A DNA stretch of 64,000 nt from Octopus vulgaris (GCA_951406725.2 OX597816.1:177754001-177818000); one strand, 5' to 3'. Positions 44,041-56,967 are shown, numbered from the stretch's first letter. Notes: generated by a model not told the origin, from the letters alone. Translations and numbers: made by a program.

Positions 44041-44443
44041 TCTTTACTCTTTTACTCTTTTACTTGTTTCGGTCATTTGACTGCGGCCATGCTGGAGCAC
44101 CGCCTTTAGTCGAGCAAATCGACCCCGGGACTTATTCTTTGTAAGCCCAGTACTTATTCTATCGGTCTCTTTTGCCGAACCGCTAAGTTACGGGGGACGT
44201 AAACACACCAGCATCGGTTGTCAAGCAATGCTAGGGGGACAAACACAGACACACATACATAAATATATATACATATATACGACAGGCTTCTTTCAGTTTC
44301 CGTCTACCAAATCCACTCACAAGGCATTGGTCGGCCCGGGGCTATAGTAGAAGACACTTGCCCAAGGTGCCACGCAGTGGGACTGAACCCGGAACCATGT
44401 GGTTGGTTAGCAAGCTACTTACCACACAGCCACTCCTGTGCCT
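44041..44443 (-). mobile_element. SINE family A, full length
   Basis: Close match to 28383 and 32183 copies. Confidence 0.93.
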
Positions 44444-44474
44444 ATGTTCATAATTTTTTTTTCAATACTGAAAG

Positions 44475-45020
44475 ATGCCACCAAAGGAAAGATGTAAACG
44501 CTCCACAAACAACTATAAAGTAAGGATGATCCGAGTCTCAAGGCAAGGGAGATGAGATCAGCAAAGGCATACTGCAGCACGTCAGATGGAGTTTCAATAC
44601 AGAAGGGAGATGAAACTTTGCCAAGATCAGCAAATGCATGCTGCAGCACATGAAATAGTGTCTCAAGACAAGAGAGATGACACTTCTCAAGGTTAGCAAA
44701 CGCATGCTGTAGCACAGATAGAGGCTCAATACAAAAGGGACTTACCCCTAATTTCCAAATGAAACTAATGGCATGCGCTGCTCAGGCGGTAAAGTAAGAT
44801 TGCCAGCACTACCAGCTCCTCTTCAATTTCTTATAGATTTTCTGGAAGATCCACTCAAAAGATTTTCGGAACAATATCAGACAATACAACTCTGCATTTT
44901 AAATGACATCGTTTGGTGTATCTAAGGAGAAAGTTGAACGTGGATTTACGCCGACGTTCAAAGTTCAAGGGCAAGTCTATCGCCCCATTGGTTCCCTGTT
45001 ATCCAAAAATGAACAACTAC
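44475..45020 (+). pseudogene. Helitron RepHel N-terminal remnant
   Basis: MPPK start, 23-aa repeats, then GMRCSGGKVRLPAL, FRNNIRQYNSAF*MTSFG and TFKVQGQVYRPIGSLL, the conserved Helitron pre-Rep blocks. Confidence 0.88.
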
Positions 45021-45307
45021 ACTTTACTTTGTGAGTGAAGTAGGACAACAAATCCGAACGAGGTATCAAAACTTCAGACGATGGGTCGTGCTAGATGCAG
45101 CACCGACTGCCGCAAAGTAGAGTATATCCATTCACAGCTTTTCGGTGCGTTCAAAAATCACAATACCCCCACCCCCAATTTCCCATGACAAGTTAGGGCC
45201 TGGAATACACCAAACGGAAGCATGACATGTCGCTTAGTCGAATTAGCCCATCATTTACTCCATAAATGTTTTGTCGTCAATGCTGCACTTCCTCGTATCA
45301 CCGTTTT

Positions 45308-45870
45308 CATCATCATCATCATCGTTTAACGTCTACTTTACATGCTGGCATGGGCTGGACGGTTTGACTGAGGATAGGCAAGCCAGAAGGCTGCATCAAG
45401 CTCCAATCCTATCTGGTGAGGTTTCTACAGCTGGATGTCAGCCACTCCGAGAGTATAGTGGGTGCTTTCTACGTGCCACCGGCACGGGGGCCAATGAGGC
45501 GGCACTGGTATTGACCACGCATGAATGGTGCTTTGTACGTGCCACCAGCTCGGGAGCCAGTCAGGCGGCACTTGCATCGACCACTCGCGTATGGTGCTTT
45601 TTACGTGCCACCGGCACGGGAGCCTGTCAGGCGGCACTGGCATTGACCACTAGCGTATGGTGCTTTTTTCGTGCCACCGGCACGGGTTCCAGTAAGGTGG
45701 CACTGGCATCGGCCACGACAACGATTTCATTTGACTGAACAGGTTTCCTCAAGCACAGCATATTGCCAGACGATTGGTGGGTACTTTTAAATGGGCTGGT
45801 TATGCGACACTAGCATCGGCAACGGCTACGATTTCCCTTGGCTTGCTGGGTCTTCTCAGGCACATAACTC
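45308..45870 (-). mobile_element. Retroposon with (GAT)n tail and internal 66-bp tandem x4
   Basis: Minus-strand tail GTTAAACGATGATGATG; units start at 45461, 45527, 45593, 45659. Confidence 0.7.
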
Positions 45871-46369
45871 TAATATATATATACAAACTTAGCCATTTTT
45901 AATCCCGAACAACGCCGGGTATCTCTGCTAGTTTTCCATAAACATTAGAAGAAAACAAGGTGAAAATGTAGTCACTTATCAACTGCGAGAAGGTGAAGCT
46001 GTATAACTCTACAATGCCGGGTTATAAGTAATAGAACCAACACTTTGTAATTCTTTCAACGATTACAAGTGTTTCAGGAGGATGTCTTCTGTAATAAGTT
46101 CAAATAATTATATGATAATACTGCAGAGGGCCAACATCTTACACTCATAAACGGTTGCATATTTGAAACGGAGGAAAGAGACAACACCTGCTGGTAATAA
46201 CAGTAATTAAAAATAGACGTAAATATCAATTTAAAACAAATATTTTAATCACAGGATATTTATAAATTCAGGGATATGATATTTAATAATAATTAAAAAA
46301 AACACTCACACACACACAGCATGTCTACACGTATTTGGTTAACATTATATTATATATAATATGAACTAA

Positions 46370-46992
46370 AGCAGCGAGCCCGCAGAATCGTTAGCACGCC
46401 GGGCGAAGTGCTTAGCGGTATTTCGTCTGCCGTTACGTTGTGAGTTCAAATTCCGCCGAGGTCGACTTTGCCTTTCATCCTTTCGGGGTCGATAAATTAA
46501 GTACCAGTTACGCACTGGGGTCGTTGTAATCGACTTAATACCTATGTCTGTCCTTGTTTGTCCGCTCTGTGTTTAGCCCCTTGTGGGTAATAAAGAAATA
46601 GGTATTTCGTCTACCGCTACTTTCTGAGATCAAATTCCGCAAAGGTCAATTCGACTTTGCCTTTTATCCTTTCGGGGGCGATAAATTAAGTACCAGCTGT
46701 GTACTCTGGTCGATCTAATCGACTGGCCACCTCCCCCAAAATTTCGGGCCTTGTGCCTAGAGTAGAAAATAATATGTATAGTATGAACTAAGGCGGTGAG
46801 CTGGCAGAACCGTTAGCACACTGGACAAAATGCTTAGCGGTATTTCGCCTGTCGCTACGTTCTGAGTTCAAATTCCACCGAGGTCGACTTTACTTTTCAT
46901 CTTTTCGGGGTCGATGAATTAAATACTGGGGTCGGTCAAATCGACTGGCCTCCTCCCCAAAATTTTCAGACCTTGTGCCTAGAGTAGAAAAA
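46370..46992 (+). mobile_element. Two adjacent SINE family B copies (first is dimeric)
   Basis: Repeated GAGTTCAAATTCC..CCTTTCGGGGTCGATAAATTAAGTACCAG; TATGAACTAA precedes both. Confidence 0.88.
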
Positions 46993-47297
46993 AACACACA
47001 TACACATATTTTTATATAATTAAAATTATGACTAAATAGCGCGATATAATGAATTAAATTATAGCTGAATTCAAACGCTTTATTTAGAGAAATAAGTGTA
47101 TGAATGTATATTAAATGTTATTTTATGAAGTCAAAAACACCCTCAAATACAGCAATCAAGACAGGTTTGTATTTTTAACTCTCTATGCAGAATGTAATCA
47201 CAGAAAGAAAAATAAATATTCGGTTAAATACACACGCGCGAGCGAGCGAGCGTCCTTAAATGTGAAACTTGGACTCGCATTTAAAATAATTTTCTTT

Positions 47298-47690
47298 TCT
47301 ACTCTAGGCACAAGTCCCGAAATTTTGAGGGAGGGGGGCCAGTCGATTAGATCAACCCCACTACGTAACTGGTACTTATTTAATCGACCCCGAAAGGATG
47401 AAAGGCAAAGTCGACCTCAGCGGATTATGAATTCAGAACGTAAAGACAGACGAAATACCTATTTCTTTACTGCCCACACCGGGGCTACACACAGAGAGGA
47501 CAAACAAGGACAGACAAACGGATTAAGTCGATTATATCGACCCCAGTGCGTAACTGGTACTTATTTAATTGACCTGAAAGGATGAAAGGCAAAGTCGACC
47601 TCGGCGGAATTTGAACTCAGAACGTAGCGGCAGACCAAATACCGCTAGGCATTTCTTCTGGCGTGCTATAGTTTCTGCCAGCTTGCCGTC
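47298..47690 (-). mobile_element. SINE family B, dimeric
   Basis: Reverse complement of the 46370-46772 structure. Confidence 0.88.
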
Positions 47691-47702
47691 TTAGACGTGT
47701 GG

Positions 47703-47816
<114 letters not shown>

Positions 47817-48129
47817 ACACACACACACACATATATATATATATAAAATTAATGTAAACAGCATGTTGCAGTGTTTTACGAAGTTGAATTATAATTGTCA
47901 CTAAATGCGACTAAGTTGTTAAAAAACACCTATATTGCTAGAAATAAGAGCTAAATCGCTCTAATGCTCTACTTAACGCACATGAATGAAAACATATCAA
48001 CTAACCAGGATCATAATTGCCCGAAAAATACCAACCGAGAATTCTTTAGACTGACGCGTCAGTTTCGACAATTTCTGTTGCCATTTCTGGGGCACTGCCT
48101 TGAATTTTTAGTCGAATAAAATCGACCCC

Positions 48130-51100
48130 GGTTCGGGAGTGGGACCAGTGAAACTAGAGAATATTTGGGCCTCAACATAGCCAACGAACAGGTTCGCATA
48201 GTTGGGGCCCATTCGCGTTCCCATGGCCACTCCCGAGACTTGTTGGTAGAACTCTCCCGCGAACGAGAAGCAGTTAAGAGAAAGGACAAGTTCGGCCAGA
48301 CGAATGAGTGTGGAGGTGTCGGGTTCGGGCTTGGGGCGGAGGTCGAGAAAGTGTTGAAGTGCACGCAGTCCTTCGTGGTGAGGGATGACGGTATAGAGGC
48401 TCTGGATGTCCATTGTAAAGAGGAGTTTGGAGGAACCAAGAGGAAAGGAGAAAGAGTTGAAAAGCCGGAGAGCATGGTTGGTGTCGTGGATGTGAGAGGG
48501 AAGAGACGCCACTAGGGGGGCAAGGGCACGGTCAAGGTATTTTGAGATGAGCTCCGTGGGGCAGTTACAGGCGGAGACGATGGTGCGGCCAGGGTTGTTG
48601 GGTTTGTGGATTTGGGGGAGGAAGTAAATGGTGGGGGTGCGTGAGGTTCGGACAATGAGGCTGGATGCGGTGTGGGGGAGACGGGAGGACGAGATGAGGT
48701 CGTGGACAGTAGAGGAGACCGTCTGTTGGTAGCTAAGCGTGGGGTAAGAGGACAGAGGGGAGTAGAAGGAGGTGTCATTGAGTTGGTGGAGCGCCTCGGC
48801 CCTGTAGAGGTCCGCGCGCCACACCACCACAGCTCCACCCTTGTCGGCCGATTTAATGACAATGTCAGCGCGCCGTCGGAGGGAACGAAGAACCGAGAGC
48901 TCGACCGGGGAGATGTTGAGGCGGCGGTGGCGCCTGGAGAAGTTGAACCGCTCCAACGCGCGCTGACAGGCACCCGCGAAAAGATCCACTGCTTGGAACT
49001 GGCCGGGGGCAGGCGTCCACTGGGATGGTCGGCGGCCCAGGTCAGTGAAGCAGTCCTCCTCGTTGGATGCGGGTGGTATGTCGCGGAAAAACGCACCCAA
49101 CCGGACGCTGCGCACAAAGCTGTGGACATCAGCACGCGTCTGGAATTCCTTACAGGATGGAGTGAGGGGTGTGAAACGCAGACCCCTATTGAGGATGGGG
49201 CGCTCCGCCGCAGAGAGGGGAGAATCTGGGGGAATGGTATCAACAGACTGAAGTGGAGAAGGGGTGGATGGAATAGAAGTAGGAGGAGTGGTAGGGCTGG
49301 TGGAGGTCTGAGGGTGGGCGTGGGAGGTGTGTGTGGGTTGTTAGGAGGGACAGTGGGTTAGGTGTGGGTGGGTGGAGCCTATCAGGGGGGAGAAGGGTAG
49401 CGGAGGAGTTGGGGTAGTGGAGTCGGGTGTGATGGAATGGAGGAGTGATTGGAGTTTATGAAGTTTGGTATTGGCAAGAAATTGATGAAAGAGGTGATTT
49501 AAATGGATAATGAAGCGCAACGTGTTTTGAGCATGGAAAGGCGGCAAAGAGGAGAAAAAGATGGAAAAAGCAAGAGGGAGAAGGCAGTTAATGGTATGTA
49601 GTTTAGAGAGATTGGAGCGAAAGGTGGCACGGATAAGGCGGTAAGATGTGGTGCGGAGTATGGATAGAATGGATGAAGCAGAGTGGAGAGCAGTGTGGAA
49701 ATGGAGGCGGAAACCTTTAGGGATGAGGCGGCTTAGAAAAGAGACGTGGCTAGAGAAGCGGTTTTTTTTAAAAAGGAGCAGAGAGAGGTTAATGGATGGT
49801 TGAAAGCAGTGGAGAGGGAGTAGACGTAAGTGTTGTTTCAGGCGATGGTGGAGAGTGAGGAGGTAAGATTTATAATCCGGCATGGTGGAATAGCGAAAAA
49901 AAGAGAGAAGCACAAGCGTTCGAAGAAGAAAAAAAATAAATAAAAATTAAATTAAAAAATAAACATAAAAATAAAAGAATAAGAAAATTTAAAATTAAAA
50001 TAAAATAAAATAAAAATAAAAAATAAATAAAAGTAAAATAAAAATTAGATAAATAAAAGAAGAAAAGGGCGGTAGGAGAAGAAAATAAAGGCGATGAAGA
50101 TGGGACAAATAGAAAAAGGAAAGAAAAGAAAGGAAGCAGAGAGAGAGAGAGAGAGAGAGGCACAATAAGCGGGTGCAAACAGAAAACAGAGTATGGACAT
50201 CCAGAGAAGGAAGAAACGACAGAAAGGAGGACAAAAGAATACAGGAAAATGTGGAAAGTATGAAATGAATGTAAAACAATATAATATACTAGCAGTATCG
50301 CCCGGCGTTGCTCAGATTTGTAAGGGAAATAACTATATAAGCATTTTTAGAGAGTTACTTCCCTTATAGATGCCAATTCGGGCTTTCTTAGCCATTTCTG
50401 TTTTGGTGTCTTCAAGCCATGAAGTCATTGTTCTAAAAGAACGCTGGTCTCCTTGACAACGCATTACGACGTTGATTTCCTTACACTCCCTTCCCCACAG
50501 CTTCACGAGGGAGGGAAGAAGGGGGAGAAGCAAACAGGTGCAGGTGTGACCATGGACGCCAACTCCGCCGCCATCGACACACGAAAAATTATGCATTAAA
50601 ATGGAATAAAAAATGATGTTAAATTATTTTTAAAATCGTAGACTCATCGTAGACGCGCGCTAATACCCAGACGGGCTCGATATGAATCACGACTATAAGA
50701 TACCCGAATTTGGTTAAACTGCACCGCAAAATGTGGGAGTAGTTAGGAATCTAAATCGAAGGGAACAGACACTCACACAACTACAGTTTTATATATATAG
50801 ATGAGAAAAATATGAAAAAATAAAGTGAAAACGAAAGGGACAGATTTTACGAAGAGTTCAGAAGTTTAAAAGTTTGTAGACGTCGTGGTGTATTTCAAGG
50901 ATGTCACATCAATAACAAAGTCAGTTTGATCCGTGTAGGAGAGGTGCAGCCAGAGGGTAGGTGTCCTTAGAGGTAAAAGAAAATCCAATGGAGAGGTAGT
51001 GTCCGTCGAGGAAAGGTAAGAGTTGGTAGTGGTAGAATATAGGATCAAAGTGAGACCACGTGAGCGCGTGATATATAACGGGAACGTTTACGAAAATAAA

Positions 51101-51870
51101 CAAAAGACGAAGGTAGGTGGAATACAAACAAACAAATGTATTAGTATGGCGCTCAGGAATAGAAATAGAAAGAATTTTACGCTTCGACAGAAAGATGCAA
51201 GATGCACAGAAAAAAAAAACAAGGAGAGAAACAAGGAGAGAAAAAAATGCGTGTAAGAGCTAACGATCTATCATGGCGTCCTTACTTCGGACAGTGGTCA
51301 GACGCGAGAGGGACTGTAGGGGAGATAACAGGGTCAAGTGACTTCCAATACGAAGGTGCCCCCAACACAAAGGTGCGTGTGTGTATAAGAGAGTATGTAT
51401 GTGCGCGTGAAAGAGGGCTGGTGGTCTGGACGTGTGTGTGTATGTATGTGTGGGTGTGGAGATGTGGGGATGGGTGTGTGGGTGGTGTGTTGTGATGCGA
51501 TATGTGTATGTATGTGTATGTGTAAAGATGTGGGGATGGGTGTGTGGGCGGTGTGTTGTGATGTGATGTGTAATGTTGTATGGTGTAGTGTAGTGTGGTG
51601 TGGTGTAGTGTGGTGTGGTGTAGTGTGGTGTGATATTGTGGTGGAGAGGTGTGGGATAGGCGTGAGGTGTGTAGGGGAGGGGTGGGGTAGAGTGGGGGAA
51701 GGGGTGGGAAGGATAGGGAAGGTGGAGTAGGGGAGGGTGGGTTTATGGGGGGAGGGGAAGGTGGGTATATGAGGAGAGAGAGGAGGAAAGAAGGAGAGAA
51801 GAGAGGGAAGGGGAGGAGGAAGAGGCGATAGAGGAGAGGAGGAGGCGGGAGAGGAGGAGGGAGAGGGAGA
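48130..51870 (-). mobile_element. Penelope-like retroelement (upstream pLTR, N-terminus and RT; truncated before the catalytic DD motif)
   Basis: KSADKGGAVVVW, PGRTIVSACNCPTE, FTMDIQSLYTVIPH and YQQVSGVAMGTRMGPNYANLF are PLE RT motifs; pLTR homology at 51085-51365; Helitron nested inside. Confidence 0.88.
50289..50801 (-). mobile_element. Non-autonomous Helitron nested in the PLE
   Basis: Reverse complement of 31431-31939 with TC/CTAG termini at an AT site. Confidence 0.92.
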
Positions 51871-51964
51871 TACATATATATACACACACATATATATATA
51901 CATATATATATATATATACATATATATAATACATATATGTACATATATATGATACATATATATA

Positions 51965-52562
51965 TATACATACATACATGATGGCTGCCCCCTCGTTATC
52001 GAGTATGGCCATTGCCCGAAGCTTAACTGTTATTGGTGCTGAGATCGAATGTGACTTTTATTTGCTTATTAAGGCTACAGCCAGCCATTCAGTTGAGACT
52101 CACAGCACTATCAACAATCATGAACAATGTTGTTATCGTGCAATGCCTGTACAAGAAGATTTTTTTTAAAGTGAGGAAAGGCTGTGCACTGAGTTAATCC
52201 CACTCACTAAGCTACAGCATCCATAATCCGAAAAGAAGAACAAATCAACATCATCGGTAACCACTGAGCCGCAAGTTTTATGTCGGAGTTATCCCAGTTA
52301 CCTGAGTTACCTTCTCCTAGAAGGATGCCCTAACAAAGGCTAGGAGTCCTTCACTTCCAATAGTTTAACCGCGCGATCGGGTATTCAGTCCGAATATTTC
52401 TATGTCCCCGCGTATGATACAGCCTTAAGCCGTAAGAAGAAAAAAATTACACATTTATTGGATGGCTGTTGACTCTCAAGAGTTCCTCCGCCCTTTCACG
52501 GGTTTTGTTTTTCATCACGCAGGGTGTCCAATGAACACCCTCCTCACCAAGCAAGATCCCAT
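51965..52562 (-). mobile_element. Probable non-autonomous RTE-related retroposon
   Basis: (ATGT)n tail after GGGGCAGCCATC; structured 5' end (GGGTGT/ACACCC hairpin); family assignment from resemblance only. Confidence 0.4.
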
Positions 52563-52904
52563 TCCATAAGTTCACGTAACACAATGTAGAGTATTATTTT
52601 GATATTCGTAAACTTATGCCAGTAAGCTACCAGTAAAATATGAAGAATATTTATTAGAAATCGATTTTGGAATCCACCAAATTAAAGAGCGAAATATAAT
52701 GCAACCTTTTCACATATACCTATATATGTACATATATATATACACACACACACACATATATATATACATACATATATATACATATAAGTAAATTTATGGA
52801 ATGGGATCCATATGACTAAACAAATTAATTTATGTCTAATAATTCTAAGATCAAGAATTCTTTAGGAAGGAATTACAACCGCGTTTCGTGGTCTGCTACC
52901 ACAA

Positions 52905-55900
52905 CAGCTCCTTTATAGGATTCAGTTTGCGCAGGACATCATCAGGAGGAACCACGTCCGGTTTCGGCCCCTACTCCTCTACCGTTTTGACGTGGCGGGG
53001 CCCTCCTTTCGGAGGTGTCTTCAGCTCTGGTGTTGGGTGCATGTCTTCTTTCTTCTTCTTTCTCCTGTTCCCTGGCCTCTTCGATGTATCGTCAGCGAGT
53101 GTCAGCTGGTGACTGACTGTCTTGTCAAATTTCTCTCTTTAAATACCTGCCGCAAAGGCTCCAGCAGGCAGCCCCAGCAAGTTGTCACGTGACACTGTCT
53201 CATCTTAACTGACTAGTGAAGGCGCGTAGTCCCGCTCTTTTTCTAAACGACCGTCACCTGTCAGTCAGCTTGTCTCACCTAATGATGTTATTTCCCGTCG
53301 GCGTGTTTATGACTTTCAAGCCATTTTCGGTCTTCCCGCTTCAGCCATATATAGAAGCTGGCTTTTTCGACCGCCTCCTGGACTCTCCTTATTAGTTTAC
53401 CCAGCTCGGGGCTAGAAAATCAAATCTTCTTTTGAAAAGCGTTGTCATTTTCCTTTCAATGAAGCCTCTAGCCCCCGCTGCCAGGTGATAATATTCGACA
53501 TTCCATCCCTGTTCTCTACATTCTTCGATTAGCTTTTCATACCTCTTCTCCTTTCGTTCCTCTGCATTGCCGATATTCTCTTCCTAAGGTACTGTCAGTT
53601 CTAGTAAAATTCCCATTCTCCGGTCTCTGTTCCATAGAACTAAATCCGGTCTTTTTGTTGTTTTTATTAGTGGAAATACTACTTGTCTTTCCAAGTCCGT
53701 GGCCACCTCCCAGTATCCCTTCCATCTTTCGTCTATCTCTTATACTTTACTTGTAGGCTTGGTTTTATAACCTTTTCCCTCCTTGTGGAAGTATACTTTC
53801 CTGCGCTTTTCTACTTTTGGGTACTCTCCCCTATTGTACCTCTCGATCTTCTCCTTGAGTGCTGTGCTTATGACACCGAGGACTTGATTATGCCGCCATG
53901 TATATCTTTCAAGTGCTAGTCTGAAACTTGACAGAGCATGTCTAACCGTCGCTTTCTCTCCGCATCTACACTAATCGGTTTTGTTTATGTTCCACCGGAC
54001 TAAGTTCGCCGGTGAGGGTAGAACGTCGAAGGTAGTCTTGATCAGGAAGGATGTTCTTGCTTGTTCCCAAGCCCAAAGTTCCTTCCATAATATTCTGCGG
54101 CTGATCACATATTCCTCCCATCACAGGCACTGTCCCTTTTGACTACATTGCACCAAATGTACATTTCGCCTTTCTTCTTCCTCCTTTCTCATTTCGTATA
54201 CCACTGCCTCTTTCATCTCTTTTACACTGCTCTTGCAAAATGGCCTGAAATTTTGTGACCCAAGGCCGGTTCTAGTTTCTTGCGTCGCTCAGACTATATC
54301 TGTGTGCGTTAGCTTTCCGATCGCCCTGTTTACTGCCTCTTCCGCCTTCCATTTCCTCCATGTTTGTACCTTTGGAGGGTTTTCCCCGGATGCTCCGATC
54401 TTTTGAATACCTTAGCATCATTACTGTCCTTGCCTTTCCTGCCTTATATTCTTCGGTGATTGATATTATTGGTAGTTGCAGCACGGGTTTTCCATATAGT
54501 GCAGTTGTATTCAGTGGTTTCGGCAGACCAAGCCATTTTCTGATAAACACACTGCATCTTTGTTCCACCCTTTCTACTCTACTCGAGGCTATTTCGTACA
54601 TTTGCAATGGCCACATTATCCTTGGGTACAGCCCAAATTGCAGTATCCAACATTTGAATTGTTCTGTCAATTGCCTTTAATCCGTGTTCTACTAACTCGT
54701 GCGTTCCTTTCCTTTGCTTCTTATCATTTAATAAATCTCTATACCATCTGCCGAGACTCTTTACTGGTTGTTCTTTCACCGTTGGTATGTCTTCACCTCC
54801 TATCCTGAATTTCACTTCTTCTTGCCTTCCTTTCACGAGAGCCACGCTTCGAGATTTTTTGGCTTTGAATTTCATCCTTGCCCATCCTATCAGTTTGTCC
54901 AACCGCTCTAACGTTCCCTCTGCTGCTTCTCTACTTTCCGATAATATAGTTACGTCATCCATAAAAGCCCTTAATGTTGTCTTTGTAACAGCTTTCTCAC
55001 AGTTTGTAGATCTGAGTAGCATTCCCATGACTAGCACGAATAAGATGACTGATATCGTGCATCCGGCTGCAATACCTATTTCAAGCCGTTGCCACTCCGT
55101 GGTGAACTTTCCTGCTGTAAATCTCATCCTCAGGTTGTCGTAGTAGAACATGAGCATTCGTTGAACATCTTTTGGAATCCAAAAGAAGTTCATTGCTGTT
55201 TTTATTAGTGCATGTGGAACAGATCCATAAGCATTGGCAAGATCTAGCCAAACAACGTACAGGTTTTTCTTCATTTGTTTTGCACAGATGATGGCTTCCC
55301 AGATGGCAAATGCGTGTTCTATGTACCCAGGGATTCCGGGGATTCCTGCTTTTTGAATCGCTTCATTAACGTTTCCGTTATGCTGTACGAATCTTATGAT
55401 TCGTCTAGCAATTATTCCGAACATGATTTAGTAGTGAAATCGGTCTAAATTGGCCTAGTGATTTTGCCTCTTTTACTTTAGGTAGGTAGATAGATACCTT
55501 CGGCTATACACCATCGCTCCGCTACATCTCTCTTCTTCCACATTTCTCTTATCAGTGCAAACAGCTGCAATCGTAATTTTGGGCAATATTTGTATACCTT
55601 GTAGCTCACTCCATCGTTCCCTTGTGAACTTTTTGCTCTTGCTTTTCTTATGAACTCATCCATTTCTTTCTGTTTAATGTCACTCAAATCAAATGGTACC
55701 CTTTTCTTCAGTCCGTGCATTTCTGAGAGTACTTCATTTCTGTCAGAGTCGCTGTATGTCTCTTTCAGATGTTGTCCGAGCTCTTCTTTCGTGCAATCCA
55801 ATTTTCCGTTTTTACTTTCAGTAAATAGATGTTTCGCATATTGATAGGGATTGATCACAAAGCTACGATAGTTTTTTTCTCTCTCCTTTCTTCTGCTCTT

Positions 55901-55962
55901 CCTTCTTTGTTTTCTTAGCAGGTCGTGATGCCTCTTTTTTATCTCTTCATACAAAATTTCTT
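52905..55962 (-). mobile_element. R2-group (Hero-like) non-LTR retrotransposon with restriction-like endonuclease, 5'-truncated and frameshifted
   Basis: QKAGIPGIPGYIEH, WLDLANAYGSVPH, RAFMDD, KFKAKKSRS, PVKSLGRWY; RYTWRHNQVL; RPDLVLW..LLELTVP RLE motifs. Confidence 0.88.
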
Positions 55963-56058
55963 GCGATGGAAATTTATGGAATGGAATCCAATATGACTAC
56001 ACAAATTTGTTAAAAATAAAGAAGAAAAGATGTTAAAGTTTAAAAGAATTCTAATTCA

Positions 56059-56169
56059 TGCATATGATCGTTTCAAACAGCGATATTAACACATGCATCT
56101 TCATGGTAGAATAATTAAATTAATTTGATTAATTTTAATTAATTGTATATCACTGTTCTCCTCAGTGCA
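56059..56169 (-). ncRNA. Type I hammerhead ribozyme with long stem II
   Basis: TGCA-CTGAGGA-GAACAGTGATAT..ATATCGCTGTTT-GAAA-CGATC-ATA-TGCA; 12-bp stem II with G-U pairs. Confidence 0.8.
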
Positions 56170-56275
56170 AGAAGCATAAACAAAAAATTTATTTATATAT
56201 ACGTATATATATGTATACATATATATGAATATATATGTATATAAATTATGTATACATATATGTATATATATGTAT

Positions 56276-56306
<31 letters not shown>

Positions 56307-56398
56307 ATGTATTTACATGTATGTATATATATATGTATATATATATATGTGTGTGTATATATATATGCATATACATATATGTATATATATATATATTA

Positions 56399-56440
<42 letters not shown>

Positions 56441-56723
56441 ATATATATATATATATGTATGTATATATATATACCTATATATATATATGTATATATATAT
56501 GTATCTTGATATGCATACGCATATATATGTATATATATATGCATATATATATATATGTATATATTTATATGTATATTTATGCATATATATATATGAATTA
56601 TATTTGTATATTTATATGTATGTATATATGTGTATATATATATGGATGTATATATACCGACGTATGTCTGTATGTATGTATATATATACCTATGTATGTA
56701 TATATACATACATACATAGTATT

Positions 56724-56904
56724 GGACAATCAGTAAGTTGTCATAATAGAACTCAGAGTTTCAAATGCTGGAGCTAAATGCTTCGGGGCATTTTCATCGG
56801 CTATTTTTGACGATAGACGCTACAAATAGCCGAGGAAAATGCTCCGAAGCATTTAGCTCGGGCATTTGAAACTCTGAGTTCTATTATGTTCACGTACTGA
56901 TTGT

Positions 56905-56906
<2 letters not shown>
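56724..56906. ncRNA. Inverted pair of hammerheads (CCGAUGA on -, CCGAGGA on +)
   Basis: AATAG-CCGAGGA-AAATGC..GCATTT-GAAA-CTCTGAG-TT-CTATT at 56825-56885, mirror copy at 56745-56805. Confidence 0.8.

Positions 56907-56967
<61 letters not shown>

Larger units (their letters stand above)
43495..45931 (+). mobile_element. Internally deleted autonomous-type Helitron with nested SINEs
   Basis: Candidate 5' A|TC..TATAAA..GTCTGTCTG; RepHel remnant inside; 3' CCCGAACAACGCCGGG..CTAG|T; 5' boundary inferred. Confidence 0.7.

Noticed and set aside
45461-45720. CRISPR-like look of palindromic 66-bp repeats
   Set aside because: Units are similar along their whole length with no unique spacers, no cas genes, and the context is eukaryotic.
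48165-49361. Long plus-strand ORFs (116 and 229 aa)
   Set aside because: Antisense shadows of the GC-rich Penelope RT ORF.
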